This document shows positions 9,036-16,912 of a stretch of 64,000 nt of DNA, in pieces (positions within the stretch are counted from its first letter, which is position 1; each line of letters opens with the position of its first letter). The notes below the pieces were generated by a model. That model saw nothing but the letters and a program-made list of their open reading frames with translations. It did no database searches and was not told the DNA's origin. The stretch lies in assembly GCA_051892415.1 (NCBI GenBank), contig JBJFGF010000009.1, positions 35,444-99,443 on the forward strand, in the 5' to 3' direction. The position numbers and the translations under genes were made by a program. Source of the stretch: Acutalibacteraceae bacterium. Its GTDB lineage: Bacteria; Bacillota; Clostridia; Oscillospirales; Acutalibacteraceae.

Positions 9036-10218
9036 TTTTATAGTCCTCGTAAAGTGCTTTAAAAGCAGGAAGTGATTTTTCAATAAGTTCGGTATCAACA
9101 CAGTAAGAAATTCTTACAAAGCCTTCGCAGCCGAAGGAGTCGCCGGGCACAAGGAGGAGTTCAAAATTCTTTGCTCTTTCATAAAATTTGTTCGCATCTT
9201 CTTCAAGGGATTTTACAAACATATAAAAAGCACCGTCGGGTTTAATAACCGTATAGCCCATATCCGTCAAAGCGTCATAAAGGAGACTTCTGTTCTTCTC
9301 ATATACGGAAATATCGGCGGTATCGTTAAGACACTCCGCAATCGTATATTGCATAAGAGCGGGTGCACAAACATAACCTAAAGCCCTTCCTGAACCGCAA
9401 ACAGCGGCAAACACATCCCCGGCACACTTCATTTTCGGTGAAACAAAAATATAACCTATTCGCTCACCCGGTAAGGAAAGCGCTTTACTGTACGAGTAAC
9501 AAACAAAAGTATTATCATAATAGCGAGGTATGTAGGGAACTGGTTCACCGGTATATACAAGTTCTCTGTAAGGTTCATCGGAAATTATGAAAATCTCCTT
9601 ACCGTACTCACTTTCCTTGCGTTTTAATAAATCGCTTAGTTTTATAATATCGGACTCGGGAATAATTACGCCCGAGGGATTGTTGGGTGAGTTAACTATA
9701 ATCGCTTTGGTGTTTGGTGTTACAGCATTTTCGAGGGCCGTGAAATCAATTTGCAAATCTTCTTTTTTGCAGGAAACCGTAACTAATTTTGCTCCCGCCT
9801 GTTCAACAAACACTCTGTATTCAGGGAAGAAAGGTGCCAAAACAATGACTTCGTCATTCGTTTCTGAAATGGCATTGAGAGTTATCGTAAGAGAAGCGGC
9901 GGCACCGCAGGTCATATAAACAAGCCCTGCATTAGCATCGACGCCGAATCTTTCCTTTATATTTTCGGCTATTGCCCTTCTGACATTCATATCACCGGGA
10001 GCAGAGGTGTATCCGTGTAGAACCTCGGCAGGAGTTTCGGATATTAACCTATTCATAACATCTGTAACCTTTTTCGGCGCCGGAACGCTTGGGTTACCAA
10101 GACTGAAATCAAAGACATTGTCAGCGCCTATTTCCGCTTTCCTTTTTTTTCCGTATTCAAAAATCTCCCGTATTACGGAACTTTTTTTGCCAAGTTGAAG
10201 CATTTTTTCTGAAATCAT
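9028..10218 (-). CDS. class I/II PLP-dependent aminotransferase (aspartate/aromatic type)
   Basis: NSPNNPSG and YSYSKALSLPGERIG (PLP lysine) motifs. First gene of the operon. SD AAAGGAG upstream. Confidence 0.9.
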   Translation of the reverse strand: MISEKMLQLGKKSSVIREIFEYGKKRKAEIGADNVFDFSLGNPSVPAPKKVTDVMNRLISETPAEVLHGYTSAPGDMNVRRAIAENIKERFGVDANAGLVYMTCGAAASLTITLNAISETNDEVIVLAPFFPEYRVFVEQAGAKLVTVSCKKEDLQIDFTALENAVTPNTKAIIVNSPNNPSGVIIPESDIIKLSDLLKRKESEYGKEIFIISDEPYRELVYTGEPVPYIPRYYDNTFVCYSYSKALSLPGERIGYIFVSPKMKCAGDVFAAVCGSGRALGYVCAPALMQYTIAECLNDTADISVYEKNRSLLYDALTDMGYTVIKPDGAFYMFVKSLEEDANKFYERAKNFELLLVPGDSFGCEGFVRISYCVDTELIEKSLPAFKALYEDYKND

Positions 10219-10251
10219 ACAACTTCTCCTTTAAATATACATTCAATATAT

Positions 10252-10298
10252 AAAAAATCCGCAATCCGTTATGTTTTAATACATAGCAGAATGCGGAC
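10252..10298 (-). terminator. intrinsic terminator inside the aro/phe operon leader (candidate attenuator)
   Basis: On the minus-strand RNA, GUCCGCAUUCUGCUAUGU pairs with ACAUAACGGAUUGCGGAU: 18 positions, 2 mismatches, 2 G-U pairs, 6-nt loop. It is followed by UUUUUU, about 20 nt before the SD of the first operon gene. Confidence 0.7.
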
Positions 10299-10321
10299 TG
10301 TCTTATACACCTTTATTGCAA

Positions 10322-10399
10322 TCACTTGCAATTTTGAGCGGCACACAGACAATCCATAGTATTGTAATAAAATCGATAGTATCCAAAACCACGGAACAT
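10322..10399 (-). CDS. candidate Phe/Tyr-rich leader peptide (25 aa: MFRGFGYYRFYYNTMDCLCAAQNCK)
   Basis: ATG is preceded by GAGAGG at an 8-nt spacing. Seven of codons 2-12 are Phe/Tyr. The ORF lies between the operon promoter and the leader terminator. It is too short for the ORF track. Confidence 0.5.
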   Translation of the reverse strand: MFRGFGYYRFYYNTMDCLCAAQNCK

Positions 10400-10432
10400 C
10401 CGTAACACCTCTCAGTTAAAAATTATGTTAGT

Positions 10433-10461
10433 ATTTTACTCTTACATAACTTCCTTGTCAA
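10433..10461 (-). promoter_or_regulatory. sigma-A type promoter of the aro/phe operon
   Basis: Minus strand reads TTGACA (10461-10456), 17 nt, TAAAAT (10438-10433). Confidence 0.65.
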
Positions 10462-10488
10462 GAGCAAACTTAATATTTTTCAAAATAT

Positions 10489-10815
10489 TTACTTATTCTC
10501 ATATTTTTCAACAATTTCCGCAAAGCCGTAAATCAAGGCAGAAACAAGTCTTGAAACCAAAATAAGTATTACGACCACACATATAATAGGTACAAGAAGC
10601 AAAGACATCATTTGAGTACCAATGTAAACACCGAGCAATACCACACTTACGGCACCGACTACAAGTGTTATAAACATATTCATTACGAATACTATAACTG
10701 AAAACTTCTTTAAGGTTGCGGAACAACATTTAAAGAACCTGAAATCAAAAGTACTCTTTTGATTTGTTGCTTCGGGCTTTTCAATATCTACATAATTTTC
10801 TTTATTGTTTTCCAT
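10489..10815 (-). CDS. small membrane protein, unknown function
   Basis: Two hydrophobic segments. Start set at the ATG at 10815 (MENNKE), with an AAGGGG SD that overlaps the upstream stop. Confidence 0.6.
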   Translation of the reverse strand: MENNKENYVDIEKPEATNQKSTFDFRFFKCCSATLKKFSVIVFVMNMFITLVVGAVSVVLLGVYIGTQMMSLLLVPIICVVVILILVSRLVSALIYGFAEIVEKYENK

Positions 10816-10826
10816 TGTACTACCCC

Positions 10827-11582
10827 TTAATACCAACCGTTTGAATTTGCATTACCTGTTTCAACAACAATGCCGCCGCTTTTGTTAGGTGCAGTCGTTG
10901 TTGTATTGGCAGGTTTATTTGCCTTTGTGGTGGTCTTGTCATTACTACTTGAATTTTTATTTGTTGTTTCAGTTTTATTATTTGAAGAAGTAGTTTTATC
11001 CGTTCCGATTGAACTTTCGGAAACAGCCTTTGTAACCTCTTCGGGAATACCGCCGTTTTCTTCGCTGTAATCATTTTCAAAGGTCAACTGACCGTCAACC
11101 CATTTGTAAGAAAACACATGTTCCTTTCCGTCAATTACAAGATTAGAAAGTATAACCTGATTTTCGGAATCAACTGAAATATTTTTCAATGCGGAAAGTG
11201 ATGCGGAATAATCAAATTGTTCCGTAGTTGCATTATAGAGCCAACAATAATAATTTACTGCATCGTTTTCAACACCGATTGCAATATAAAAGTCCGGCAG
11301 ACCGTCAAAATTCATATCTAAAAACTCATTGTTTTTAGTTGCGTATTCCTTATCAAAAGTCTTGCCTGTATTCAAGGGATATTTCAAAGTCTGGAACTCT
11401 TTGCCGTCTTTTTTAACAACTGCCTGACTATCCTCGATTTCAACTGTAAAACCCGTTTCCGCAGAAGTTGACGCGGTTGTTGTAGTTGCTTCCTTTTCAG
11501 ACTTGTCACCGCAAGCGGTAAAAATCGTAACAAAAAGTGCGAGTACAACAAGAATTGAGCATAAACTGTAAATCTTCTTCAT
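10827..11582 (-). CDS. lipoprotein, unknown function, with a Thr/Asn/Ser-rich C-terminal low-complexity region
   Basis: Signal peptide with lipobox FTAC-G. The DMNFDGLPDFYIAIGV segment looks FG-GAP/VCBS-like. Low-complexity tail TTSSNNKTETTNKNSSSNDKTTTKANKPANTTTT. Confidence 0.7.
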   Translation of the reverse strand: MKKIYSLCSILVVLALFVTIFTACGDKSEKEATTTTASTSAETGFTVEIEDSQAVVKKDGKEFQTLKYPLNTGKTFDKEYATKNNEFLDMNFDGLPDFYIAIGVENDAVNYYCWLYNATTEQFDYSASLSALKNISVDSENQVILSNLVIDGKEHVFSYKWVDGQLTFENDYSEENGGIPEEVTKAVSESSIGTDKTTSSNNKTETTNKNSSSNDKTTTKANKPANTTTTAPNKSGGIVVETGNANSNGWY

Positions 11583-11593
11583 AAAATTCTCCT

Positions 11594-12202
11594 TTAAAAT
11601 ATTACGCCTTCGGTGTTAAGGGCTTTTTCAAGAGCGGGTATATCAGTGGATTTAAAAACGTGTCCTTTCATACCGAATTTTACTGCACCCTCAATGTTCT
11701 GCGGCATATCGTCAACAAAGAAACATTCTTCCGGTTTTAGTGAAAATTTATCACAAAAAGCCTGAAAGATTTCTTGTTGCGGTTTTAAAAGTTTGTACAA
11801 GGCGGAAATGAAAAGCCCATCCATCAATGAAAGTGCCGGGATGTCAAAATATCTGTCAAAGAAACGGGCACCGGCATTTGAGAGCAAATACACATTGTAG
11901 CCGGCAGTTTTTATTCTCTTGACAAAATCATACATTTCCGGAAACGGAGGCATATATGGATAAAAGTCTGTAAGCATCTCTTTAATAAGGGGTCTTGTTT
12001 CCTCGGGAATCTTGGGTAAAACCATTGGAACAACCTGTTCGGGTCTGAGCAAACCCCGGTCAATTTTCTGCCAAAGGTCACTGCTGAAAACCTCTCTCAT
12101 AAGAATATCATAATATTCATCGGGGAAATGCGTACGTATGGTCTTACCGGCATTGAAATCAATCAATACACCGCCCATATCGAACACGACATTCTTTATC
12201 AA
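11594..12202 (-). CDS. HAD-superfamily hydrolase (subfamily IA)
   Basis: VVFDMGGVLIDF (DxG nucleophile motif), LLSNAG, and FVDDMPQN. Confidence 0.85.
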   Translation of the reverse strand: MIKNVVFDMGGVLIDFNAGKTIRTHFPDEYYDILMREVFSSDLWQKIDRGLLRPEQVVPMVLPKIPEETRPLIKEMLTDFYPYMPPFPEMYDFVKRIKTAGYNVYLLSNAGARFFDRYFDIPALSLMDGLFISALYKLLKPQQEIFQAFCDKFSLKPEECFFVDDMPQNIEGAVKFGMKGHVFKSTDIPALEKALNTEGVIF

Positions 12203-12346
12203 AATACCGCCGCCCTTTCTCTTAACTTCTTTATTATAACATCAAAATAAAAAATTTCAATATTTATCAAAAAAATGAATATTATCTCTTTTAATTTTTA
12301 AGAATTATGTTATAATATTGGAAAAAATCGGGAAAAAGGTGATATT

Positions 12347-13069
12347 ATGAAGATCAATATTTTCAAAAGCGCCGAAGAAATCGGTGCCGCAGTGGCAAGA
12401 ATTTTCATCGATGAGGTAAAAAACAACCCAAACTGTGTTTTGGGTCTTGCAACAGGTGCAACCCCCATTCCGACATACAAAAATATTAAACAATTACATG
12501 AAGATGAAAATGTATCTTTCAAAAATGTAAAAACATATAATCTTGATGAATACTGCGATTTGCCCAAATCCGATAAGAACAGTTATTATACCTTTATGCA
12601 TGAACAACTTTTCAACGGTCTTGACATATTGGAAGAAAATGTACATTTCCTTGACGGCAACACAAGTGACTGTGCCGCCGAATGTGAGAAATACGACAAC
12701 CAAATCAATGAAGCCGGCGGAATTGATATTCAACTTTTGGGTATCGGCAATAACGCACATATCGGTTTTAACGAACCTGCCGAAACATTCACAAACGGTT
12801 CCTTTAAGGTAAAACTTACCGATAGTACCATCAACGCGAACAAAATCTATTTCGACGAAAATTCAATGCCCCGTTATGCTCTTACAATGGGTGTGAAGCA
12901 GATTATGAATGCAAAAAAAATCATCTTAATTGCAACCGGTGAAAAAAAAGCGGAAGCAATTAAGAACATGGTAAAGGGCCCCGTTACCCCGCATGTTCCC
13001 GCCTCCGTCCTGCAGGAACATGACGATGTAATTGTTTTCCTTGATGAAGCAGCGGCTTCTCTCATTTAA
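12347..13069 (+). CDS. nagB: glucosamine-6-phosphate deaminase
   Basis: LGLATGATP, LDEY and GIGNNAHIGFNEP motifs. Confidence 0.92.
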   Translation: MKINIFKSAEEIGAAVARIFIDEVKNNPNCVLGLATGATPIPTYKNIKQLHEDENVSFKNVKTYNLDEYCDLPKSDKNSYYTFMHEQLFNGLDILEENVHFLDGNTSDCAAECEKYDNQINEAGGIDIQLLGIGNNAHIGFNEPAETFTNGSFKVKLTDSTINANKIYFDENSMPRYALTMGVKQIMNAKKIILIATGEKKAEAIKNMVKGPVTPHVPASVLQEHDDVIVFLDEAAASLI

Positions 13070-13081
13070 GTAATTTCAATA

Positions 13082-13130
13082 AATAACACCTCACTTGATA
13101 TGTTATATATCTTGTGAGGTGTTATTTTAT
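13082..13130. terminator. intrinsic terminator after nagB
   Basis: 13-bp perfect stem aataacacctcac/gtgaggtgttatt, then TTAT. It overlaps the stop codon of the convergent lipoprotein gene. Confidence 0.7.
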
Positions 13131-13619
13131 TTCCATTGAATAATTTTGCTTTCCGTCTTTTTCATAGGATTCAAAAACAATGAAGGATCCCTCGGTATTT
13201 AAGGAAATGTAAAAACAGTTCAAATCTTTGTTATAGGAATCCAAAGTAATCAATCCGTCAAATGAATTCAAGAACGAATAAATAACTGAGGGTAAAAATG
13301 AATTAGAAAGGTTTGTTTTTTCACCCTCGAAAACCATATCGTTATAAGTGATTTTATAATTCGTTGAATCAATAGAAACATAGGCACCGCCGATTAAATC
13401 TTTTTCATCGGAAAAATTTAATTCGAGTTTACCGTTTTTGAAAACAACTGTTGTATTGTATATATGTTCGTTAAAAGTAATCTGAACAGTTTTTGGCTCT
13501 GAAAAATCAACTTCCGAAGAAACTTGCAAAGAATTTTTTGTTACATTGCAGGAAGAAAGTGTAACGCACAGCAAAACAACAAATACACAGGCAAGCCGTT
13601 GAAATCTGATTTTATTCAT
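13122..13619 (-). CDS. lipoprotein, unknown function
   Basis: MNKIRFQRLACVFVVLLCVTLSSC carries a lipobox. Start is at ATG 13619, overlapping the nnrD stop by 8 nt. Confidence 0.65.
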   Translation of the reverse strand: MNKIRFQRLACVFVVLLCVTLSSCNVTKNSLQVSSEVDFSEPKTVQITFNEHIYNTTVVFKNGKLELNFSDEKDLIGGAYVSIDSTNYKITYNDMVFEGEKTNLSNSFLPSVIYSFLNSFDGLITLDSYNKDLNCFYISLNTEGSFIVFESYEKDGKQNYSMEIK

Positions 13620-14511
13620 TTTCCAAAAGCATATATGCCTTTCCCAAGGCTTTTGCACAGTCCGTCGGAAGAATTGAATACTCGGACAGTTCTTCTGTCA
13701 GTAAGTCCGCTGTCATTCCGTGAACAAAAGCGCCGAGAACGGCGGCATCAAAAACATTCCCCTTCATAACCGCCGTAAGACCGGCAATAATACCCGAAAG
13801 CAAATCACCTGCTCCGCCCTTTGAAAGCCCGGTATTTCCGGTTTTATTTACGTATAGTTTATTTGCATCCGAATTACAAATCAACGTTTCGTGACCTTTG
13901 AGCAAAAGATTGACTTTATAAGACGAACAAAAATCAATCACCGCTTTTTCTCTGTCAGCCTCTATGTCGCAAACGTCCGACCCGCAAATACGAGAAAACT
14001 CCTTGGGGTGAGGAGTCAAAAGTATTTCCGATTTTCGTTCCAACAAGGTTTCCTTAAATTCAGACAGGGCATTAAGAGCATCGGCATCAATTATCAGGGG
14101 CTTTTCGCAACGGGTTATGAGAGTTTTAATAAGTGATTTTATACTTGCACCCGTACCCAAACCGCAACCGATCATCACAACGTCGGATTTATCCATGGCT
14201 TCTAAAAGCAAATGTTCGGAATCGAAATCCAAACAACCGTCCATACCCGTGGGCAAGGGCAAAAACAAATTCTCCGTTAATCTTGAGGTAAGAGCGGTGT
14301 AAAGGCAGTCGGGAAAAGCCAGCGTCACAAGACCGGCTCCGCTTCTTAAAGCCCCCTCCGCCGCAAGAACGCAACATCCCACCATATTTTTACTACCGCA
14401 AATAAGCAAAACATTACCGAAAGAGCCCTTATGGGAAAAGGAATCTCTTTTCGGTAATAATTTTGAAGCGGATTTCATATCAAGGGAATTTTTATCAATC
14501 AACTGAGTCAC
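13612..14511 (-). CDS. nnrD: ADP-dependent NAD(P)H-hydrate dehydratase (YjeF C-terminal type, stand-alone)
   Basis: HKGSFGNVLLICGS and GGAGDLLSGIIAG motifs. No N-terminal epimerase domain. Confidence 0.88.
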   Translation of the reverse strand: MTQLIDKNSLDMKSASKLLPKRDSFSHKGSFGNVLLICGSKNMVGCCVLAAEGALRSGAGLVTLAFPDCLYTALTSRLTENLFLPLPTGMDGCLDFDSEHLLLEAMDKSDVVMIGCGLGTGASIKSLIKTLITRCEKPLIIDADALNALSEFKETLLERKSEILLTPHPKEFSRICGSDVCDIEADREKAVIDFCSSYKVNLLLKGHETLICNSDANKLYVNKTGNTGLSKGGAGDLLSGIIAGLTAVMKGNVFDAAVLGAFVHGMTADLLTEELSEYSILPTDCAKALGKAYMLLENE

Positions 14512-14582
14512 CTCTGTAAATTAACTTACACACTTTAAAATTCTCAGATATTATACAATTAAATTTTGAGACAGTCAACAAA

Positions 14583-14861
14583 TCACGAAGCAATTTGAAA
14601 ATCAATAACCTTGGAATTTTTATTCAAGGATTCAAGCATTTCTTCAAATTCGGCATTTACAACGGGTTTTACTTCAACAGTTTCTTTTTTGCGTGAGAAT
14701 TTATCGCAAAGAGTAAAATAAACCGCCTTAAAGAAAGCCTTGGTATATTTCCAAACTTTTCTTTCAAACTTTATTAAATCTTTTTCACGGTAAATCGCGT
14801 AGCAAACAAGCGCACCTGCGGCACATTCAAGGAAAAATCTAATAAATACCAAAATTGACAT
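14583..14861 (-). CDS. 92-aa single-pass membrane protein, unknown function
   Basis: ATG at 14861 has a GGAGG SD 7 nt upstream. N-terminal hydrophobic helix (SILVFIRFFLECAAGALVCYAIY), then a basic soluble tail. Confidence 0.65.
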   Translation of the reverse strand: MSILVFIRFFLECAAGALVCYAIYREKDLIKFERKVWKYTKAFFKAVYFTLCDKFSRKKETVEVKPVVNAEFEEMLESLNKNSKVIDFQIAS

Positions 14862-14874
14862 ATATATACCTCCA

Positions 14875-14896
14875 AACATTTGTCGAACATTTGTTT
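14875..14896. promoter_or_regulatory. operator-like element in the 5' UTR
   Basis: Plus strand reads aacatttgtCGAACATTTGTTT. It contains a tandem aacatttgt repeat with 11-bp period, a CGAAC-N4-GTTT box (LexA-like), and TGTCGAA (Spo0A-box consensus) at 14881-14887. Confidence 0.4.
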
Positions 14897-14905
14897 TATG
14901 TGCTT

Positions 14906-14933
14906 ATTATACCACCATTTTCCAATTTGTCAA
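14906..14933 (-). promoter_or_regulatory. sigma-A type promoter with extended -10
   Basis: Minus strand reads TTGACA (14933-14928), 16 nt, TGgTATAAT (-10 hexamer at 14911-14906). Confidence 0.6.
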
Positions 14934-14944
14934 CACAAATGTTC
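14932..14944. promoter_or_regulatory. second operator-like half-palindrome overlapping the -35
   Basis: Minus strand reads GAACATTTGTGTT, running into TTGACA. Its first 10 nt, gaacatttgt, are identical to 14885-14894 on the plus strand, so the two copies form an inverted repeat. Confidence 0.35.
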
Positions 14945-15198
14945 TATTTTTCTTCTTTTTCAAGTACCTTTTTAAGTGCTTTCCGTCATTTTTTCGGTTT
15001 TTTATCATAAATTTATTGATTTTTATCAGTGAAAACCTGAAACCATTCCACTATTTGTTCGGTGTATGTTCGGTTATTGATACAAATATTTATTATAAAA
15101 CTTTTTCTAAAAAAGACTAAATAGGTATTTAACTTTTATAATAAATATTGTATAATGATTGTATATACATATATACAAATAAAAAAAGGAATAAGATT

Positions 15199-16470
15199 AT
15201 GTTTGTCGATAAAGCGAAAATCAAAATAATTGCCGGTAACGGAGGTAACGGTGCAGTTGCCTTCCACCGTGAAAAGTATATCAATGCCGGCGGTCCCGAC
15301 GGCGGTGACGGAGGTCGCGGAGGAAATATTGTGTTCCAAGTTGATGACAACCTCTCCACCCTTTCGGATTTCCGATACAAAAGAAAATACAAGGCACAAA
15401 ACGGCGAAAACGGACGGGGCTCCCGCTGTAACGGTAAGCGGGGCGAGGATTTAATTATCCGCGTTCCCCGAGGAACAGTGATACGGGAAGAAGAAACCGG
15501 ACTTGTTATGGCGGATATGAGTATTGAGGAAACCTTTATTGCTGCTAAAGGCGGCAACGGTGGTTGGGGTAACACCCATTTCGCCACACCCACAAGACAA
15601 GTTCCCCGATTTGCAAAGGACGGCGCTCCCGGCGAGGAATGGGATGTAACCCTTGAATTGAAACTTCTTGCGGACGTAGGACTTATAGGTTTTCCCAATG
15701 TGGGTAAATCAACTTTAATCTCGGTTGTCAGCGAAGCCAAGCCCATTGTTGCAAACTACCATTTCACAACCCTTACACCCGTTCCCGGGGTTGTAAGAAT
15801 GGGTCCCGAAAGCAGTTTTGTTATGGCGGACATTCCCGGTATTATTGAGGGTGCAAGTGACGGTGTGGGTTTAGGACATGAATTCTTGCGTCATATAGAA
15901 CGATGCAGACTTCTTGTTCATGTTGTGGATGTTGCGGGAAGCGAAGGAAGGGATCCCATTGCCGACTTTGAAGCAATCAATGAAGAACTTGCTAAATATA
16001 ACGAAGAATTAACAAAGTACCCTCAAATTGTTGCGGGTAATAAAATAGATTTGGCAACGGACGAACAAAGAACCGCTTTCAAGGAATATATACGCTCAAA
16101 AGGTCTTGATTATTACGAAATAATTGCCCCCATTGCCGAGGGTACCCAGGATCTAATAAACAAAGTTGCCGCAGAACTTCAAAAACTCCCCCCTGTTAAG
16201 ATATATGAAAAGCAGGAAATCACACCAAAAGATATTTTGAAAACCTCAAAACGCGACTTTAAAATTCGGGTTGAGGATGATATATTCATTGTTGAAGCAC
16301 CGTGGCTCGCCAAAATCCTTATGAAAACGGACTTAAACGACTATTCTTCACTCCAGTATTTCCAGAATGTTCTGCAAACAAGCGGAATAATTCAGGCACT
16401 TATTGACCGAGGAATTGTTGAGGGTGACACGGTTAGTATTTATGATTTGGAGTTTGACTATGTGCCCTGA
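15199..16470 (+). CDS. obg: GTPase Obg
   Basis: MFVDKAKIKIIAGNGGNGAVAFHREKY, a Gly-rich Obg fold, G-domain GFPNVGKST, and a C-terminal OCT domain. Start at ATG 15199 with AAAGGA SD. Confidence 0.93.
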   Translation: MFVDKAKIKIIAGNGGNGAVAFHREKYINAGGPDGGDGGRGGNIVFQVDDNLSTLSDFRYKRKYKAQNGENGRGSRCNGKRGEDLIIRVPRGTVIREEETGLVMADMSIEETFIAAKGGNGGWGNTHFATPTRQVPRFAKDGAPGEEWDVTLELKLLADVGLIGFPNVGKSTLISVVSEAKPIVANYHFTTLTPVPGVVRMGPESSFVMADIPGIIEGASDGVGLGHEFLRHIERCRLLVHVVDVAGSEGRDPIADFEAINEELAKYNEELTKYPQIVAGNKIDLATDEQRTAFKEYIRSKGLDYYEIIAPIAEGTQDLINKVAAELQKLPPVKIYEKQEITPKDILKTSKRDFKIRVEDDIFIVEAPWLAKILMKTDLNDYSSLQYFQNVLQTSGIIQALIDRGIVEGDTVSIYDLEFDYVP

Positions 16471-16912
16471 TGATCTTTTAAACGGAATTTGTTCTCCTAT
16501 TGAAGAATCGAAGGCAAGAATGTACAGTCCGTTGACCCTTGCTTTCTTAGGCGATGCGGTATATAGTCTGCTTGTCAGAAATATGCTTTCCTTGCAGGAG
16601 AATAAACCTACGGGAAAGTTACATAAAGAATCTGTTAAATATGTCAATGCCGCTTTTCAAGCGCAAATGATAAAAGAACTGCTCCCCGTTCTCACAGAAA
16701 ACGAAACATCTGTTTTCAAAAGAGGAAGAAATGCGCACAGTGCTCATTCTCCTAAAAATCAGGATGCGGGAGATTACAGATATGCCACGGGGTTAGAAAC
16801 ACTCTACGGTTATCTGTACTTGTGCGGAAATTCTCAACGTATAAAAGAACTTTTTGAAATCAGCGTATATAAATATTTTATTGAAGAATCCAACCGAAAG
16901 GAATTAGATTGA
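16460..16912 (+). CDS. mrnC: Mini-ribonuclease 3
   Basis: [14 protein letters not shown] and [13 protein letters not shown] motifs. Start at ATG 16460, overlapping the obg stop. Confidence 0.85.
   Translation: MCPDDLLNGICSPIEESKARMYSPLTLAFLGDAVYSLLVRNMLSLQENKPTGKLHKESVKYVNAAFQAQMIKELLPVLTENETSVFKRGRNAHSAHSPKNQDAGDYRYATGLETLYGYLYLCGNSQRIKELFEISVYKYFIEESNRKELD

Noticed and set aside
10219-10488. T-box riboswitch or TRAP-binding leader upstream of the aro/phe operon
   Set aside because: I could not find the conserved T-box sequence (GGGUGGNACCGCG-like) forming an antiterminator with the terminator 5' arm, nor a specifier-loop/AGAGA architecture. There is no series of (G/U)AG triplets spaced 2-3 nt apart as TRAP needs. 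The leader (about 175 nt) is better explained by the small aromatic-rich ORF. A covariance-model scan is still needed to be sure.
15129-15746. 205-aa Pro/Ser-rich ORF antisense to obg (plus shorter ORFs at 15136-15399 and 15230-15454)
   Set aside because: It is the mirror image of the Gly-rich Obg N-terminal domain (GGN codons read as NCC on the opposite strand). It has no SD or promoter and overlaps a highly conserved gene.
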